Counted from the first letter of the stretch, positions 29,256 to 40,253 are shown. The stretch is DNA of 64,000 nucleotides from Candidatus Cloacimonadota bacterium (GCA_963676515.1 OY781061.1:660776-724775); one strand, 5' to 3'. Notes: generated from the letters alone by a model not told the origin. Numbers and translations are program-made.

Positions 29256-29588
29256 TTATCGGCAAAACTGAAGATCCGCCTTAACTTCTTGGATTTCTTT
29301 GTGCAACTCGTTATACTCAAGTTCCTTAATTTGCAAAAAAGCTTTAGTTATTCTCATTTTTTCTGTTATCCCTATCGGTGTTAACACATAAAGATAATTA
29401 CTCTTATTATCACTTTCGGCAAAATTGTGTAGTTTTAGAAATCCTTTCTTCCCAAGTTCCTTAAGTAAAAAATTCACTTTGCCCAAACTGAAACCTAAGC
29501 TATGAGCTAAAGACCTTTGGTTATGGTGTGGCTCTCTTTCTATTGCACTCAAAACCTTATAACTATTTTCTATTTCATTCTTGTTCAT
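29256..29588 (-). CDS. Small winged-helix DNA-binding protein (MarR/PadR-like). First gene of the polysaccharide operon.
   Basis: 110 aa. HNQRSLAHSLGFSLGKVNFLLKELGKKGFL resembles a wHTH recognition helix plus wing. Function inferred only from position. Confidence 0.45.
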   Translation of the reverse strand: MNKNEIENSYKVLSAIEREPHHNQRSLAHSLGFSLGKVNFLLKELGKKGFLKLHNFAESDNKSNYLYVLTPIGITEKMRITKAFLQIKELEYNELHKEIQEVKADLQFCR

Positions 29589-29703
29589 GGGTTGAACGAA
29601 AAAGGAAAGTATTTAATGTCAATAAAAAGTCTTCATAATAAAAAATGAGAGCAAAGAAATCCTCCGCTTACTACCAGAACTCTCTGGATGGTAAATGCTG
29701 AAC

Positions 29704-29740
29704 ATAAAAAAAGTGGACACGAACTCTATCGTATCCACTT
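29704..29740 (-). terminator. Rho-independent terminator of giant gene 1 (module E variant).
   Basis: On the minus strand: AAGUGGAUACGAUAGAGUUCGUGUCCACUU followed by U7. Lies 30 bp past the stop codon. Confidence 0.75.
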
Positions 29741-29770
29741 CTTCTTTAAAATTTACTTTTCATATATAAT

Positions 29771-32700
29771 TTAAAAAGGTTTATAAGAATCCCACCATTT
29801 TTCAGCACCCAAGTCATAGTTAGCATACCTTTCTTCATCAAGACTAGTTAGCTTACTCTTCCAACCACTAAGGTTTATATTGAAAGCTTTAGCAAACATA
29901 AACATAGCACTCATCCATTCAACATTGCCTACATTCCAAGCAGAAATATTACCATTAAATTTCGTTGCCCCAGCAAACATATAATTCATATTGGTGACAC
30001 TGTCTACATCCCAAGAGTTTAAATCCTTATTAAAAGCTTTTGCTCCATCAAACATATAACTCATATTGGTAACGCTACTAACATCCCAGCCATTAATGTC
30101 GCCGTTAAACATGGTATCATTAAAAAACATAAAGCTCATATTTGTAACACTGCCTACTTCCCAAGAATTCAAATTCTGATTAAAAGTTTCTGCTCCGGAA
30201 AACATATGAAGCATATTTTCAACTTTACTTACATTCCAATTAGAAATATTACTATTAAATAAAATTGCATTAGAAAACATACCTTGCATAGTCTGCACAT
30301 TGCTCACATCCCAGCCACTGATATCCCCATTAAATTCCTTAGCTCCACTAAACATATAATTCATAATCGTTACATTGCTTACATCCCAGCCACTGATATC
30401 TTGATTGAATGTTGAATCACTACTAAATAAAGATTCCATATTAGTGATCCCAGCTGTATTGACCTGAGTGACATCATCGCGATCGGCTATCATAGCTTTC
30501 AAGGTGTTTAGCGTGATATATGTCGTGGCACTGTCGATACTGGAGAAAGCAGATTGCCCAGCGTCGCTATAAGCTGCTATTTTGTAGAAGCGTTTGCTGT
30601 TTTCACTGAGGCTGGTGATGCTGTAGTTGGAGACAAGCCCCACGGTTGTCGTGTCATAGCTCCCTTCACTACTGGTGGCTGTACACAGGTAATAACCTGT
30701 AGCTCCAGCGACTTCGCTCCAAGATATGTCTATTTGTGTAGGGCTCGCGGCACTATCGGACAAAATGGTAGGAGTAGCAACAATTGTGGTAACACTTACG
30801 CTATCAGAAAGACTGGATGTATCCACAGCGTTATAAGCTTGGATCTTGTAAAAATGCTTGGAGTTGGCATTAAGTCCTTTGTTTTGGTAAATGATGTCAT
30901 CAATATCACCGATTGGACTGAAATTTTCACCACTAGAGTCTGCATGATATATCGTGTATCCTTCTGCCCCGCTAACTTTGTCCCACGATATGTCTATTTG
31001 GGAAAAGCTCTTGGCTTCCGCAAAAACATTGGCAGGAGCGTTTACATTTATTTTCCCTATTACAACTGCAGAGAAATCGGATACACCGCGTCCATGATAG
31101 GATCGTACCTTGTAATAATACTCTGTGTCTGAATTGAGTCCCATGCTGCTGTAGAATGTATCGGTTCTAACAATTGAGTCGCCATAGTGCTCTCCATCGT
31201 CTGATATGTAGAGATAATAGCCATCTGCTCCCGCGGCTGTGCTCCACGATATTCTTATTTGGGAAGAGTCTACCGCACTCGCCTTTAGGTCAGCTGGAGC
31301 GGCGACAATCGTGGTGTCGCTCAATATGTCAGAGAAAACGCTGTAACCGTTGCCGTTGTAAGCCTTCAGCTTGTAAGTGTAGACTGTGTAAGCGGAAAGC
31401 CCTGTGTCGCTGTAAGAGTTGCTACTGATGTCGCCAACACTACCGTATTCTCCATTAGTGGTATCTAATCGATAAATCTTGTATCTGGCTGCTCCAGGGA
31501 CGGTGTCCCATCGCAAATCTATGCGTGATGCACTAACGACACTGCTCTCAAGATTGCTCGGAGCTAAGACGATTGTGGTGTCGCTTATTCCGCTGGAGAA
31601 CGCACTGTAACCGCTACCATTATAAGCCTTCACCTTGTAAAAGTACTCTGTGTTTGCGGCGAGTCCTGTGCTGTAATAAGTGGTGCTATTGGTGTCGCCG
31701 ATTGAAATGTAGTCTCCACTAATGGTATCTAATCGGTATATTGCATAGCTGGTTGCTCCAGCGACTGCGTGCCAACTCAGGTTTATCTGTGATGCACTCA
31801 CGACACTGTCGGTGAGATTCGTGGGAGACGCGACAATCGTGAAAATCCTCAATGTGTCGGAGAAATCACTATAGCCTTTCGTATTATGAGCACTCACTCT
31901 GTAGAAATACTTCGTGTTTGCAGTGAGACCTGTGTCGCTGTAGGTGGTGACATTCCCCAAAGTTGTGTCGCTGTATGTCCGCCCGCTGTCTACAGAGAAC
32001 GAGAGGCGATAGCCTGCCGCTCCATCTACTTCGCTCCATTTCAAATCTATGCGTGAAGCACTCACGACGCTGTCGGTGAGATTGCTCGGAGCTAAGACGA
32101 TTGTGGTGTCGCACAATATGTCGGAGAAGGCACTATTGCCTTTCCCGTTACGGGCTAACACCTTGTAGTAATGCACACTGTTTGCAGCGAGTCCTGTGTC
32201 GCTGTAGGAAGTGTCATTGCCAAGAATTGTGTCGCTGTAAGCAGTGCCATCTTCTGAGTAAGAGAGAGAATAGCTCGTTGCTCCATCGACTGTGTTCCAA
32301 AACAGCTTTATCTGTGATGAACTAATGACACTGTCGGTGAGGCTCTTAGGAGCATCAATAATCGTTGTGTCGCTCACGGTGTTCGAGAAAATACTGTAGC
32401 CGTTGTTATTATAAGCTAGTACCTTGTAGGAATAGACGGTGAAAGCGGAAAGCCCTGTGTCGCTGTAAGAATTGCTATTGGCAACACCAACACTGTCGTA
32501 GTCTCCACTAGTGGTATCTAATCGGTAAATCTTATAGCTGGCTGCTCCAGGAACGGTGTCCCATCGCAAATCTATGCGTGAAGCACTGACGACGCTGTCG
32601 ACAAGGTTAGCAGGAGCGGCAACGATTGTGGTGTCGCACAATATGTCGGAGAAGGCACTATTGCCTTTCCCGTTACGGGCTAACACCTTGTAGTAGTGCA

Positions 32701-35700
32701 CACTATTTGCAGTGAGTCCTGTGTGGCTATAGGTGGTGACATTGCCCAATGCTGTGTCGCTGTAGTTTGTGCCATCGCCTGAGTAAGAGAGAGAATAGCT
32801 CGTTGCTCCATCGACTGAGTTCCAAAACAGTTTTATCTGTGATGAACTAATGACACTGTCGGTGAGGCTCTTAGGAGCATCGACAATCGTGGTATCGCTC
32901 AATATGTCAGAGAATTCACTGTCGCCATTTCCATTGTAAGCTAAAACTTTGTAATAATGCACACTATTTGCAGCGAGTCCCTTGTCGCTGTAGGTGGTGA
33001 CATCCCCCAAAGTTGTGTCGCTGTATGTCCGCCCGCTGTCTATAGAGAACGCGAGGCGATAGCCTGTCGCTCCCTCTACTTCGCTCCATTTCAAATCTAT
33101 GCGTGACGCACTGACGACGCTGTCGGCTAGATTACTCGGAGCTGCGACGATTGTGGTGTCACTCAATGTGCCGGAGAATTCGCCAAAGCCTTTTGTATTA
33201 TAGGCTCGCACTTTGTAGAAATACTCTGTGTTTGCGGTGAGCCCTGTGCTGTAATAAGTGGTGCTATTGGTGTCGCCGATTGAAATATAGTCTCCACTAA
33301 TGGTATCTAATCGGTATATTGCATAGCTGGTTGCTCCAGCGACTGTGTTCCAAAACAGTTTTATCTGTGATGAGCTGATGACACTGTCGGTGAGGTTGCT
33401 CGGAGCATCGACCTTCGTGGTGTCGCTCAATGTGTCAGAGAATTTGCTTTCGCCGTTGTTATTATAAGCTAGTACCTTGTAGGAATAGACGGTGTAAGCG
33501 GAAAGCCCTTTGTCGCTGTAGGAGTTGATACTGGCAACGCCAACACTGTCGTATTTTTTACTAGTGGTGTCTAATCGGTAAATCTTGTAGCTGGCTGCTC
33601 CGGGGACGGTGTCCCATTTCAAATCTATCTGTGACGCACTCATGACACTGTCACTGAGGTTGCTCGGATGTGTGACGATTGTGGTGTCGCTTATTACGCT
33701 GGAGAACGCACCGAAGCCTTTTGTATTATAGGCTTGCACCTTGTAGAAATACTCTGTGTTTGCGGTGAGTCCTGTGCTCAGATAATTAGTTTCATTGGTT
33801 GCTCCGATTTTGTTGTCGCCTACATTTATAATTGTGTCCCTATAAATATAATAGCTATCTGCACCAGCGACTGTGTTCCAGTATAGATTTATCTGTGACT
33901 TACTCACGACACTGTCGGTGAGGTTGCTCGGAGCATCGACAATAGTGGTGTCGCTCAATATGTCAGAGAAAATACTATAGCCGTTGCCATTGTGAGCCTT
34001 CAGCTTGTAGAAGTAAGCTGTGTTAGCGGAGAGGTTTTCGATACTAAATGTGGTGCCATCTGTTGTTTCTTTTCGGTCATAATTTCCGCTTATAATTGTG
34101 TCTATATAAACGACATAGCCTGCCGCTCCCTCTACTTCGCTCCAGCTCAAATCTATGCGTGAAGCACTAACGACGCTGTCGGTGAGATTCCTTGGAGGTG
34201 CAACGATTGTGGTGTCGCACAATGTGCTAGAGAACTCTCCGTCGCCTTTGCCATTGTAGGCTAGCACTTTGTAGTAGTGCACGCTATTTGCGAAAAGTCC
34301 TGTGTCGCTGTAGAAAGTGTCGGTTGCCTCTTTCATTGAAGCATATGCTCCATCGCTGATTGTGTCCATGTAGACATAATAGCCAGATGCACCAGCGACT
34401 GTGTTCCAGAAAAGTTTTATCTGTGATGCACTGATGACACTGTCGGTGAGGTTGCTCGGAGCATCGACAATAGTGGTGTCGCTCAATATGTCAGAGATTT
34501 CACTGTCGCCATTGTTATTATAAGCTAGTACCTTGTAGGAATAGACGGTGTTCGCACTGAGGCTTTCGATACTAAAGACGGTGTCTTCTGCGTTCTCTTC
34601 TCGGGTATAGTTCCCATCTCCACTTGTGTCTATATAAACGACATAGCCTGCCGCTCCATCTACTTCGCTCCATTTCAAATCTATGCGTGAAGCACTCACG
34701 ACACTGTCGGTGAGATTGCTCGGAGCTAAGACGATTGTGGTGTCGCTTATTACGCTGGAGAACGCACCGAAGCCTTTTGTATTATAGGCTAGCACCTTGT
34801 AGAAATACTCTGTGTTTGCGGTGAGTCCTGTGCTCAGATAAATAGTGTCATCGGTTGCCCCGATTTTGTTGTCGCCTACATTTATAACTGTGTCCCTATA
34901 AATATAATAGCTATCTGCACCAGCGACTGTGTTCCAATATAGATTTATCTGTGACTTACTCACGACACTGTCGGTGAGGTTGCTCGGAGCGGCGACAATC
35001 GTGGTATCGCTCAATATGTCAGAGAATTCACTGTCGCCATTGTTATTATAAGCTAGTACCTTGTAGGAATAGACGGTGTAAGCGGATAGCCCTGTGTCGC
35101 TGTAGAAATTGCTACTGATGTCGCCAACACTACCGTATTCTCCATTAGTAGTATCTAATCGGTAAATCTTGTAGCTGGCTGCTCCAGGGACGGTGTCCCA
35201 TTGCAAATCTATGCGTGACGCACTGACGACGCTGTCGGTGAGATTGCTCGGATGTGTGACGATTGTGGTGTCGCTTATTACGCTGGAGAACGCACCGAAG
35301 CCTTTTGTATTATAGGCTTTCACCTTGTAGTAATGCACACTGTTTGCGGCGAGTCCTGTGTCGCTGTAGGTGGTGACATTGCCAAGAATTGTGTCGCTGT
35401 AAGCAGTGCCATCTTCTGAGTAAGAAAGAGAATAGCTCGTTGCACCAGCGACTGAGTTCCAATATAGATTTATCTGTGATTTACTCACGACACTGTCGGT
35501 GAGGTTGCTCGGAGCAGCAACCTTCGTGGTGTCGCTCACGGTTTTCGAGAAAATACTGTAGCCGTTGCCATTATAAGCCTTCAGCTTGTAAGAATAGACT
35601 GTGTAAGCAGTGAGACCTGTGTCGCTGTAGGTGGTGACATTCCCCAAAGTTGTGTCACTGTATGTCTGCCCGCTGTCTATAGAGAACGCGAGGCGATAGC

Positions 35701-38700
35701 CTGCCGCTCCCTCTACTTCGCTCCATTTCAAATCTATCTGTGACGCACTGACGACACTGTCGGTGAGATTTCTCGGAGCTAAGACGATTGTGGTGTCGCT
35801 CAGTACGCTAGAGAACTCTCCGTTGCCTTTGCCGTTGTAGGCTAGCACTTTGTAATAGTGCACACTATTTGCGGCGAGACCTGTGTCGCTGTAGGAAGTG
35901 TCATTGCCAAGAATTGTGTCGCTGTAAGCAGTGCCATCTTCTGAGTAAGAGAGAGAATAGCTCGTTGCTCCATCGACTGTGTTCCAGAACAGCTTTATCT
36001 GTGATGAACTAATGACACTGTCGGTGAGGCTCTTAGGAGCATCGACCTTCGTGGTGTCGCTCAATATGTCAGAGAATTCACTGTAGCCGTTGCCATTGTG
36101 AGCCTTCAGCTTGTAGAAGTAAGCTGTGTTAGCGGAGAGACCTGTGTCGCTGTAGGAGTTGATGCTGGCAACGCCAACACTGTCGTAACCTCCTCCAATG
36201 GTGGTATCTCTATAAATTGTGTAGCTGGCTGCTCCAGGGACGGTGTCCCATTGCAAATCTATGCGTGACGCACTCACGACACTGTCGGTGAGGTTGCTCG
36301 GATATGTGACGATTGTGGTGTCGCTTATTACGCTGGAGAACACACCGAAGCCTTTTGTATTATAGGCTTGCACCTTATAGAAATGCACACTATTTGCGAA
36401 AAGACCTGTGTGGCTGTAGGTGGTGACATTGCCCAATGCTGTGTCGCTATAGTTTGTGCCATCGCCTGAGTAAGAGAGAGAATAGCTCGTTGCACCAGCG
36501 ACTGAGTTCCAAAACAGTTTTATCTGTGATGAACTGATGACACTGTCGGTGAGGGTGCTCGGAGCGGCGACCATCGTGGTGTCGCTCAATATGTTAGAGA
36601 ATTCACTGTCGCCATTTCCGTTGTAAGCTAAAACTTTGTAGTAATGCACACTATTTGCAGCGAGTCCCTTGTCGCTGTAGGTGGTGACATCCCCCAAAGT
36701 TGTGTCGCTGTATGTCTGCCCGCTGTCTATAGAGAACGCGAGGCGATAGCCTTTCGCTCCATCAACTGCGTTCCATCTCAAATCTATTTGTGATGCACTA
36801 ACGACGCTGTCGGTGAGATTGCTCGGATGTGTGACGATTGTGGTGTCGCTCAGTGTGCTAGAGAACTCTCCGTTGCCTTTGCCATTGTAGGCTAGCACTT
36901 TGTAATAGTGCACGCTATTTGCGGCGAGTCCTGTGTCGCTGTAGGTGGTGACATTGCCCAATGCTGTGTCGCTGTAGTTTGTGCCATCGCCTGAGTAAGA
37001 GAGAGAATAGCCGTCTGCTCCAGCGACTGTGTTCCAGAAAAGTTTTATCTGTGATGCGCTGATGACACTGTCGGTGAGATTCTTAGGAGCATCAACCTTC
37101 GTGGTGTCAAATAATATGCCAGAAAATTCGCTATTACCGTTACCATTGTAAGCCTTTAGCTTGTAAGTGTAGACGGTGTAAGCGGAAAGGGCTGTGTCGC
37201 TGTAGGAGTTGATACTGGCAACGCCAACACTGTCGTATTTTTTACTAGTGGTATTTAATCGGTAAATCTTGTAGCTGGCTGCTCCGGGGACTGTGTCCCA
37301 TTGCAAATCTATGCGTGACGCACTCACGACACTGTCACTGAGGTTGCTCGGAGCGGCGACGATTGTGGTGTCGCTTACGATGCTAGAAGCTTTACTCTCT
37401 CCGACTGTATTATAAGCTGTCACTTTGTAGAAATATTCTGTGTTTGCGGCGAGACCTGTGTTGCAGTAGGAAGTGCTACTGGTGTCAACTAATAAGTTGT
37501 TGCTGCCTACATTTCCCGTTGTGTCCATGTAAACTCTATAGCGTTCTGCTCCTTCCACTTCGTCCCACGATATGTCGATTCGGGAAGAGCTTTTGGATTT
37601 GGCGGATACATTCGTCGGAGCAGCGACGATCGTGAAGAGACTCAATGTGTCGGAGTAATCACTATAGCCTTTGTAATTGTAGGCTCGCACTGTGTAGAAA
37701 TACTTCGTATTTGCGTTGAGACCTGTGCTGTAGTAGAAAGTGTCCGTGCCGACAGAGGTGTCTATATAAGTTCGCCCGCTGTCTATAGAGTAAGAGACAT
37801 AATAACATGATGCACCATCGACTGAGCTCCAGAACAAGTTTATTTGAGAAGAGTCTACGACACTATCGCAGAAATTGGCAGGAGCGGCGACCATAGTGGT
37901 GTCGCACAATGTGTCCGAGAAGCCAGATTCCCCTGCGTCACTATAAGCTGTGACTTTGTAGGTATAGCTTGTGAAAGCGGTGAGTCCTGTGTCATTGCAA
38001 GAAGTAACCTCGCCAATAAGCGTATGCTTGTAATCGGCACTACTTGGGGATGAGCGATATATTGTGTAGCCATCTGCTCCCTCGACTGAGTTCCAAGATA
38101 AATTTATTTGTGATGCACTGATGACAATGTCGGCGAGACCAGTCGGAGCTAAGACCTTTGTGGTGATGATCAATGTGTCGGAAAATTCACTGTCGCCGTT
38201 GCCATTGTAAGCTAGTATTTTATAGTAATATTTACTATTTGCCGTGAGACCTGTGTCGCTGTAGGAAGTGACCTTCTCGATTGCTGTGTCGCAATAGTTA
38301 TTGCCATCGTCTGCAGATATATAGAGGCGATAGCCTGCTGCTCCATCGACTGCGTCCCATTGCAAATCTATCTGAGAAAAGCTGACGACAGTATCGGAGA
38401 AACCAGCTGGAGGTGCGACGATGGTGGTGTCGCTTGCGATGTTAGCGTAATCTATATTACTACTACCAGCTTTGTTAAAAGCTATTACCTTGTAAAAATA
38501 CTCGGTGTTTGCGGCAAGCTCATTGCTACGATAAGCGGTGTCAGCGGTCTCTCCAATTTTGGTGTAAGTCCCATTACTAAAGTTTGGTGACATGAATACT
38601 CTGTAGCTATCTGCTCCACTGACTACATCCCAAGACAAATCTATCTCTGAGGCGCTTATGGATTTGGCTGTTAGGTTTTCAGGGTTAGTTACATGTATTC

Positions 38701-39847
38701 TTCCTTTTACGATTTGGGAAAACTCGGATGTGTCCACAGCGTTATAGGCTTTTATTTTATAATAATACATTGTATCTGCAGAGGCAACTTTATGACTGTA
38801 AGAGGTGACATTCTCAATAGTTGTAGGGGAATAATTATTGCCATCGTCTGAGATATAGAGGTAATAGCCTGCCGCTCCACAAGTTACAGTCCAAGACAAA
38901 CCTATCTGTGTCGAGTTCAGAACTCTAAGTGAGAGCCCTTCTGGATCCAAGAGTTTTACTCTCGATTTTACGGTGGCAGAAAAGTCTGAACTCCTAGAGG
39001 ATCTATAAGCTTTTAGTTTGTAGGAATATTCTATGTGTGGATCGGACACTGTGTCCGTGTAAAAGAGAACATTGCCGACATCTATCTGAGCGTAAGCCTC
39101 AATGCTGGCAGTATCTTTGTAGAGAGTGTAGCCATCGGCACCATCGACAGCATCCCACGACAAAAATATTTGTGAAATACTTACAGCTTTAGCGGCTAAA
39201 TTGCTGGGAGCTGCGACTATCGTGGTGTCACCTGCGATGTTGGAATATTCACTCTCACCACTTTCGTTATACGCTTTCACCTTATAGAAACAAGCTGTGT
39301 TTGCCTTGAGTCCTGTGTTACTATAAAAATTGCTGTTGACATTTCCAATAGGGTTGTAAGCTCCGCCCAGCGAAGATGATTTGTATATTCTGTAGTTTGC
39401 TTCTCCACTCACTGCGTTCCATGATAAATCTATTCGAGAAGAGCTTATAGCTTTTGCCGTTAGGTTGGTAGGAGTGGAAACAATCGTGATGGCACTTACG
39501 ATATCGGAAAATTCGCTATAACCATCAGCATTATAAGCTGTCACTTTGTAGTAATATTTTGTGTTTGCACTAAGCCCCGTGCTGGAACATAAATTGCTAC
39601 TGACATTGTTAATTTCGCTGTAATCTCCATCAAGAGCTGTTGCTTGGTGTACTTTATAACCTGTGGCTGTGCTCACGACATACCAAGACAAATCTATTTG
39701 CGAAGAATCTACGACAGTCGCCTCTAGATTGGTAGGAGCAGCTGGGAGAATCAGTTCCTCTGCATCGTCGTTTCCAGAAGGGCTGGTGCAGGTGACGAAA
39801 ATGACCAAGCTAAATATGATCGCTAAAAGTTTGAAACAATTCTTCAC
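29771..39847 (-). CDS. Giant surface lipoprotein. Signal peptide with lipobox, then about 30 tandem fibronectin-type-III-like modules, then a C-terminal block of 25-residue BspA/DUF285-type LRR repeats (~7 copies, 29771-30500).
   Basis: ORF 29771-39880 in the track. A GTG at 39847 is preferred as the start. It is preceded by AGAGGA 7 nt upstream and gives MKNCFKLLAIIFSLVIFVTC, parallel to paralog 2 (MKNWLKILVIIFSSVVFVTC). The repeats carry FN3 hallmarks (P-x-L...W...Y-x-[VI]-Y...Y-x-Y-x-V-x-A-x-N). The C-terminus is FNQDISGWDVSNVTIMNYMFSGA x7. Confidence 0.8.
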   Translation of the reverse strand: MKNCFKLLAIIFSLVIFVTCTSPSGNDDAEELILPAAPTNLEATVVDSSQIDLSWYVVSTATGYKVHQATALDGDYSEINNVSSNLCSSTGLSANTKYYYKVTAYNADGYSEFSDIVSAITIVSTPTNLTAKAISSSRIDLSWNAVSGEANYRIYKSSSLGGAYNPIGNVNSNFYSNTGLKANTACFYKVKAYNESGESEYSNIAGDTTIVAAPSNLAAKAVSISQIFLSWDAVDGADGYTLYKDTASIEAYAQIDVGNVLFYTDTVSDPHIEYSYKLKAYRSSRSSDFSATVKSRVKLLDPEGLSLRVLNSTQIGLSWTVTCGAAGYYLYISDDGNNYSPTTIENVTSYSHKVASADTMYYYKIKAYNAVDTSEFSQIVKGRIHVTNPENLTAKSISASEIDLSWDVVSGADSYRVFMSPNFSNGTYTKIGETADTAYRSNELAANTEYFYKVIAFNKAGSSNIDYANIASDTTIVAPPAGFSDTVVSFSQIDLQWDAVDGAAGYRLYISADDGNNYCDTAIEKVTSYSDTGLTANSKYYYKILAYNGNGDSEFSDTLIITTKVLAPTGLADIVISASQINLSWNSVEGADGYTIYRSSPSSADYKHTLIGEVTSCNDTGLTAFTSYTYKVTAYSDAGESGFSDTLCDTTMVAAPANFCDSVVDSSQINLFWSSVDGASCYYVSYSIDSGRTYIDTSVGTDTFYYSTGLNANTKYFYTVRAYNYKGYSDYSDTLSLFTIVAAPTNVSAKSKSSSRIDISWDEVEGAERYRVYMDTTGNVGSNNLLVDTSSTSYCNTGLAANTEYFYKVTAYNTVGESKASSIVSDTTIVAAPSNLSDSVVSASRIDLQWDTVPGAASYKIYRLNTTSKKYDSVGVASINSYSDTALSAYTVYTYKLKAYNGNGNSEFSGILFDTTKVDAPKNLTDSVISASQIKLFWNTVAGADGYSLSYSGDGTNYSDTALGNVTTYSDTGLAANSVHYYKVLAYNGKGNGEFSSTLSDTTIVTHPSNLTDSVVSASQIDLRWNAVDGAKGYRLAFSIDSGQTYSDTTLGDVTTYSDKGLAANSVHYYKVLAYNGNGDSEFSNILSDTTMVAAPSTLTDSVISSSQIKLFWNSVAGATSYSLSYSGDGTNYSDTALGNVTTYSHTGLFANSVHFYKVQAYNTKGFGVFSSVISDTTIVTYPSNLTDSVVSASRIDLQWDTVPGAASYTIYRDTTIGGGYDSVGVASINSYSDTGLSANTAYFYKLKAHNGNGYSEFSDILSDTTKVDAPKSLTDSVISSSQIKLFWNTVDGATSYSLSYSEDGTAYSDTILGNDTSYSDTGLAANSVHYYKVLAYNGKGNGEFSSVLSDTTIVLAPRNLTDSVVSASQIDLKWSEVEGAAGYRLAFSIDSGQTYSDTTLGNVTTYSDTGLTAYTVYSYKLKAYNGNGYSIFSKTVSDTTKVAAPSNLTDSVVSKSQINLYWNSVAGATSYSLSYSEDGTAYSDTILGNVTTYSDTGLAANSVHYYKVKAYNTKGFGAFSSVISDTTIVTHPSNLTDSVVSASRIDLQWDTVPGAASYKIYRLDTTNGEYGSVGDISSNFYSDTGLSAYTVYSYKVLAYNNNGDSEFSDILSDTTIVAAPSNLTDSVVSKSQINLYWNTVAGADSYYIYRDTVINVGDNKIGATDDTIYLSTGLTANTEYFYKVLAYNTKGFGAFSSVISDTTIVLAPSNLTDSVVSASRIDLKWSEVDGAAGYVVYIDTSGDGNYTREENAEDTVFSIESLSANTVYSYKVLAYNNNGDSEISDILSDTTIVDAPSNLTDSVISASQIKLFWNTVAGASGYYVYMDTISDGAYASMKEATDTFYSDTGLFANSVHYYKVLAYNGKGDGEFSSTLCDTTIVAPPRNLTDSVVSASRIDLSWSEVEGAAGYVVYIDTIISGNYDRKETTDGTTFSIENLSANTAYFYKLKAHNGNGYSIFSDILSDTTIVDAPSNLTDSVVSKSQINLYWNTVAGADSYYIYRDTIINVGDNKIGATNETNYLSTGLTANTEYFYKVQAYNTKGFGAFSSVISDTTIVTHPSNLSDSVMSASQIDLKWDTVPGAASYKIYRLDTTSKKYDSVGVASINSYSDKGLSAYTVYSYKVLAYNNNGESKFSDTLSDTTKVDAPSNLTDSVISSSQIKLFWNTVAGATSYAIYRLDTISGDYISIGDTNSTTYYSTGLTANTEYFYKVRAYNTKGFGEFSGTLSDTTIVAAPSNLADSVVSASRIDLKWSEVEGATGYRLAFSIDSGRTYSDTTLGDVTTYSDKGLAANSVHYYKVLAYNGNGDSEFSDILSDTTIVDAPKSLTDSVISSSQIKLFWNSVDGATSYSLSYSGDGTNYSDTALGNVTTYSHTGLTANSVHYYKVLARNGKGNSAFSDILCDTTIVAAPANLVDSVVSASRIDLRWDTVPGAASYKIYRLDTTSGDYDSVGVANSNSYSDTGLSAFTVYSYKVLAYNNNGYSIFSNTVSDTTIIDAPKSLTDSVISSSQIKLFWNTVDGATSYSLSYSEDGTAYSDTILGNDTSYSDTGLAANSVHYYKVLARNGKGNSAFSDILCDTTIVLAPSNLTDSVVSASRIDLKWSEVDGAAGYRLSFSVDSGRTYSDTTLGNVTTYSDTGLTANTKYFYRVSAHNTKGYSDFSDTLRIFTIVASPTNLTDSVVSASQINLSWHAVAGATSYAIYRLDTISGDYISIGDTNSTTYYSTGLAANTEYFYKVKAYNGSGYSAFSSGISDTTIVLAPSNLESSVVSASRIDLRWDTVPGAARYKIYRLDTTNGEYGSVGDISSNSYSDTGLSAYTVYTYKLKAYNGNGYSVFSDILSDTTIVAAPADLKASAVDSSQIRISWSTAAGADGYYLYISDDGEHYGDSIVRTDTFYSSMGLNSDTEYYYKVRSYHGRGVSDFSAVVIGKINVNAPANVFAEAKSFSQIDISWDKVSGAEGYTIYHADSSGENFSPIGDIDDIIYQNKGLNANSKHFYKIQAYNAVDTSSLSDSVSVTTIVATPTILSDSAASPTQIDISWSEVAGATGYYLCTATSSEGSYDTTTVGLVSNYSITSLSENSKRFYKIAAYSDAGQSAFSSIDSATTYITLNTLKAMIADRDDVTQVNTAGITNMESLFSSDSTFNQDISGWDVSNVTIMNYMFSGAKEFNGDISGWDVSNVQTMQGMFSNAILFNSNISNWNVSKVENMLHMFSGAETFNQNLNSWEVGSVTNMSFMFFNDTMFNGDINGWDVSSVTNMSYMFDGAKAFNKDLNSWDVDSVTNMNYMFAGATKFNGNISAWNVGNVEWMSAMFMFAKAFNINLSGWKSKLTSLDEERYANYDLGAEKWWDSYKPF

Positions 39848-39914
39848 TTTTATTCCTCTATTTCCAAAACAATTTCCCAAATAATGTCAACTTTGTTACA
39901 CTTTTGGAATTTGT

Positions 39915-39922
39915 CAAATATA
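39915..39922 (-). promoter_or_regulatory. Candidate promoter element TATATTTG(ACAA) (minus strand), 68 bp upstream of the giant gene 1 start.
   Basis: The same TA(A/T)ATTTGACAA motif sits at an equivalent distance (66 bp) upstream of giant gene 2 (52193-52200). It matches the TAnnTTTG (-7) consensus of Bacteroidota and also contains a TTGACA hexamer. Confidence 0.35.
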
Positions 39923-40056
39923 GTTATGGATTTTTAACTGAAAAATCAAAACAAGTTTGAAAGAGCAGAGCAAAAGTGTCTAGGATTTGGGGTTCATATC
40001 AGGATGTAAGGAAACAGAAACCGCAGATAGACACAGATGACTACAGATGACTGCCC

Positions 40057-40253
40057 CTTTTGTGCATCGTGTGGGAGAATGGATTCCCGCTTCCGCGGGA
40101 ATGAGGGCTGGGTGGCGATGCAGAGCTGGTGGTGAATAAACATACTGGCTGATGAAGGCACAAGGCGTGCGGTGTGCAGGAATGGGGACTGGTGGTGTGC
40201 TTCCTTGCCTTGCTTGCCTCATCCTCGCGAAAGCGGGGATCCAAGGGCGGGTG
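40057..40253. repeat. 'BA' repeat unit copy.
   Basis: Contains the TTCCCGC-TTCC-GCGGGAA palindrome, two Chi-like GCTGGTGG octamers and the GNRA hairpin at 40221-40240. Confidence 0.8.

Noticed and set aside
29589-29703. JUMPStart/ops antitermination element upstream of the polysaccharide operon.
   Set aside because: No GGCGGTAG (ops) or JUMPStart-like sequence is present on the minus strand in the ~110-bp leader.
30554-31132. Plus-strand ORFs inside the giant genes (e.g. 30554-31132, 41211-41669, 41673-41921, 44661-44993, 50397-51259, 54090-54755, 61746-62159).
   Set aside because: They lie antisense to uninterrupted 10-kb ORFs. The periodic H/T/Y/V/C-rich 'proteins' mirror the sense-strand repeats. 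No independent support.
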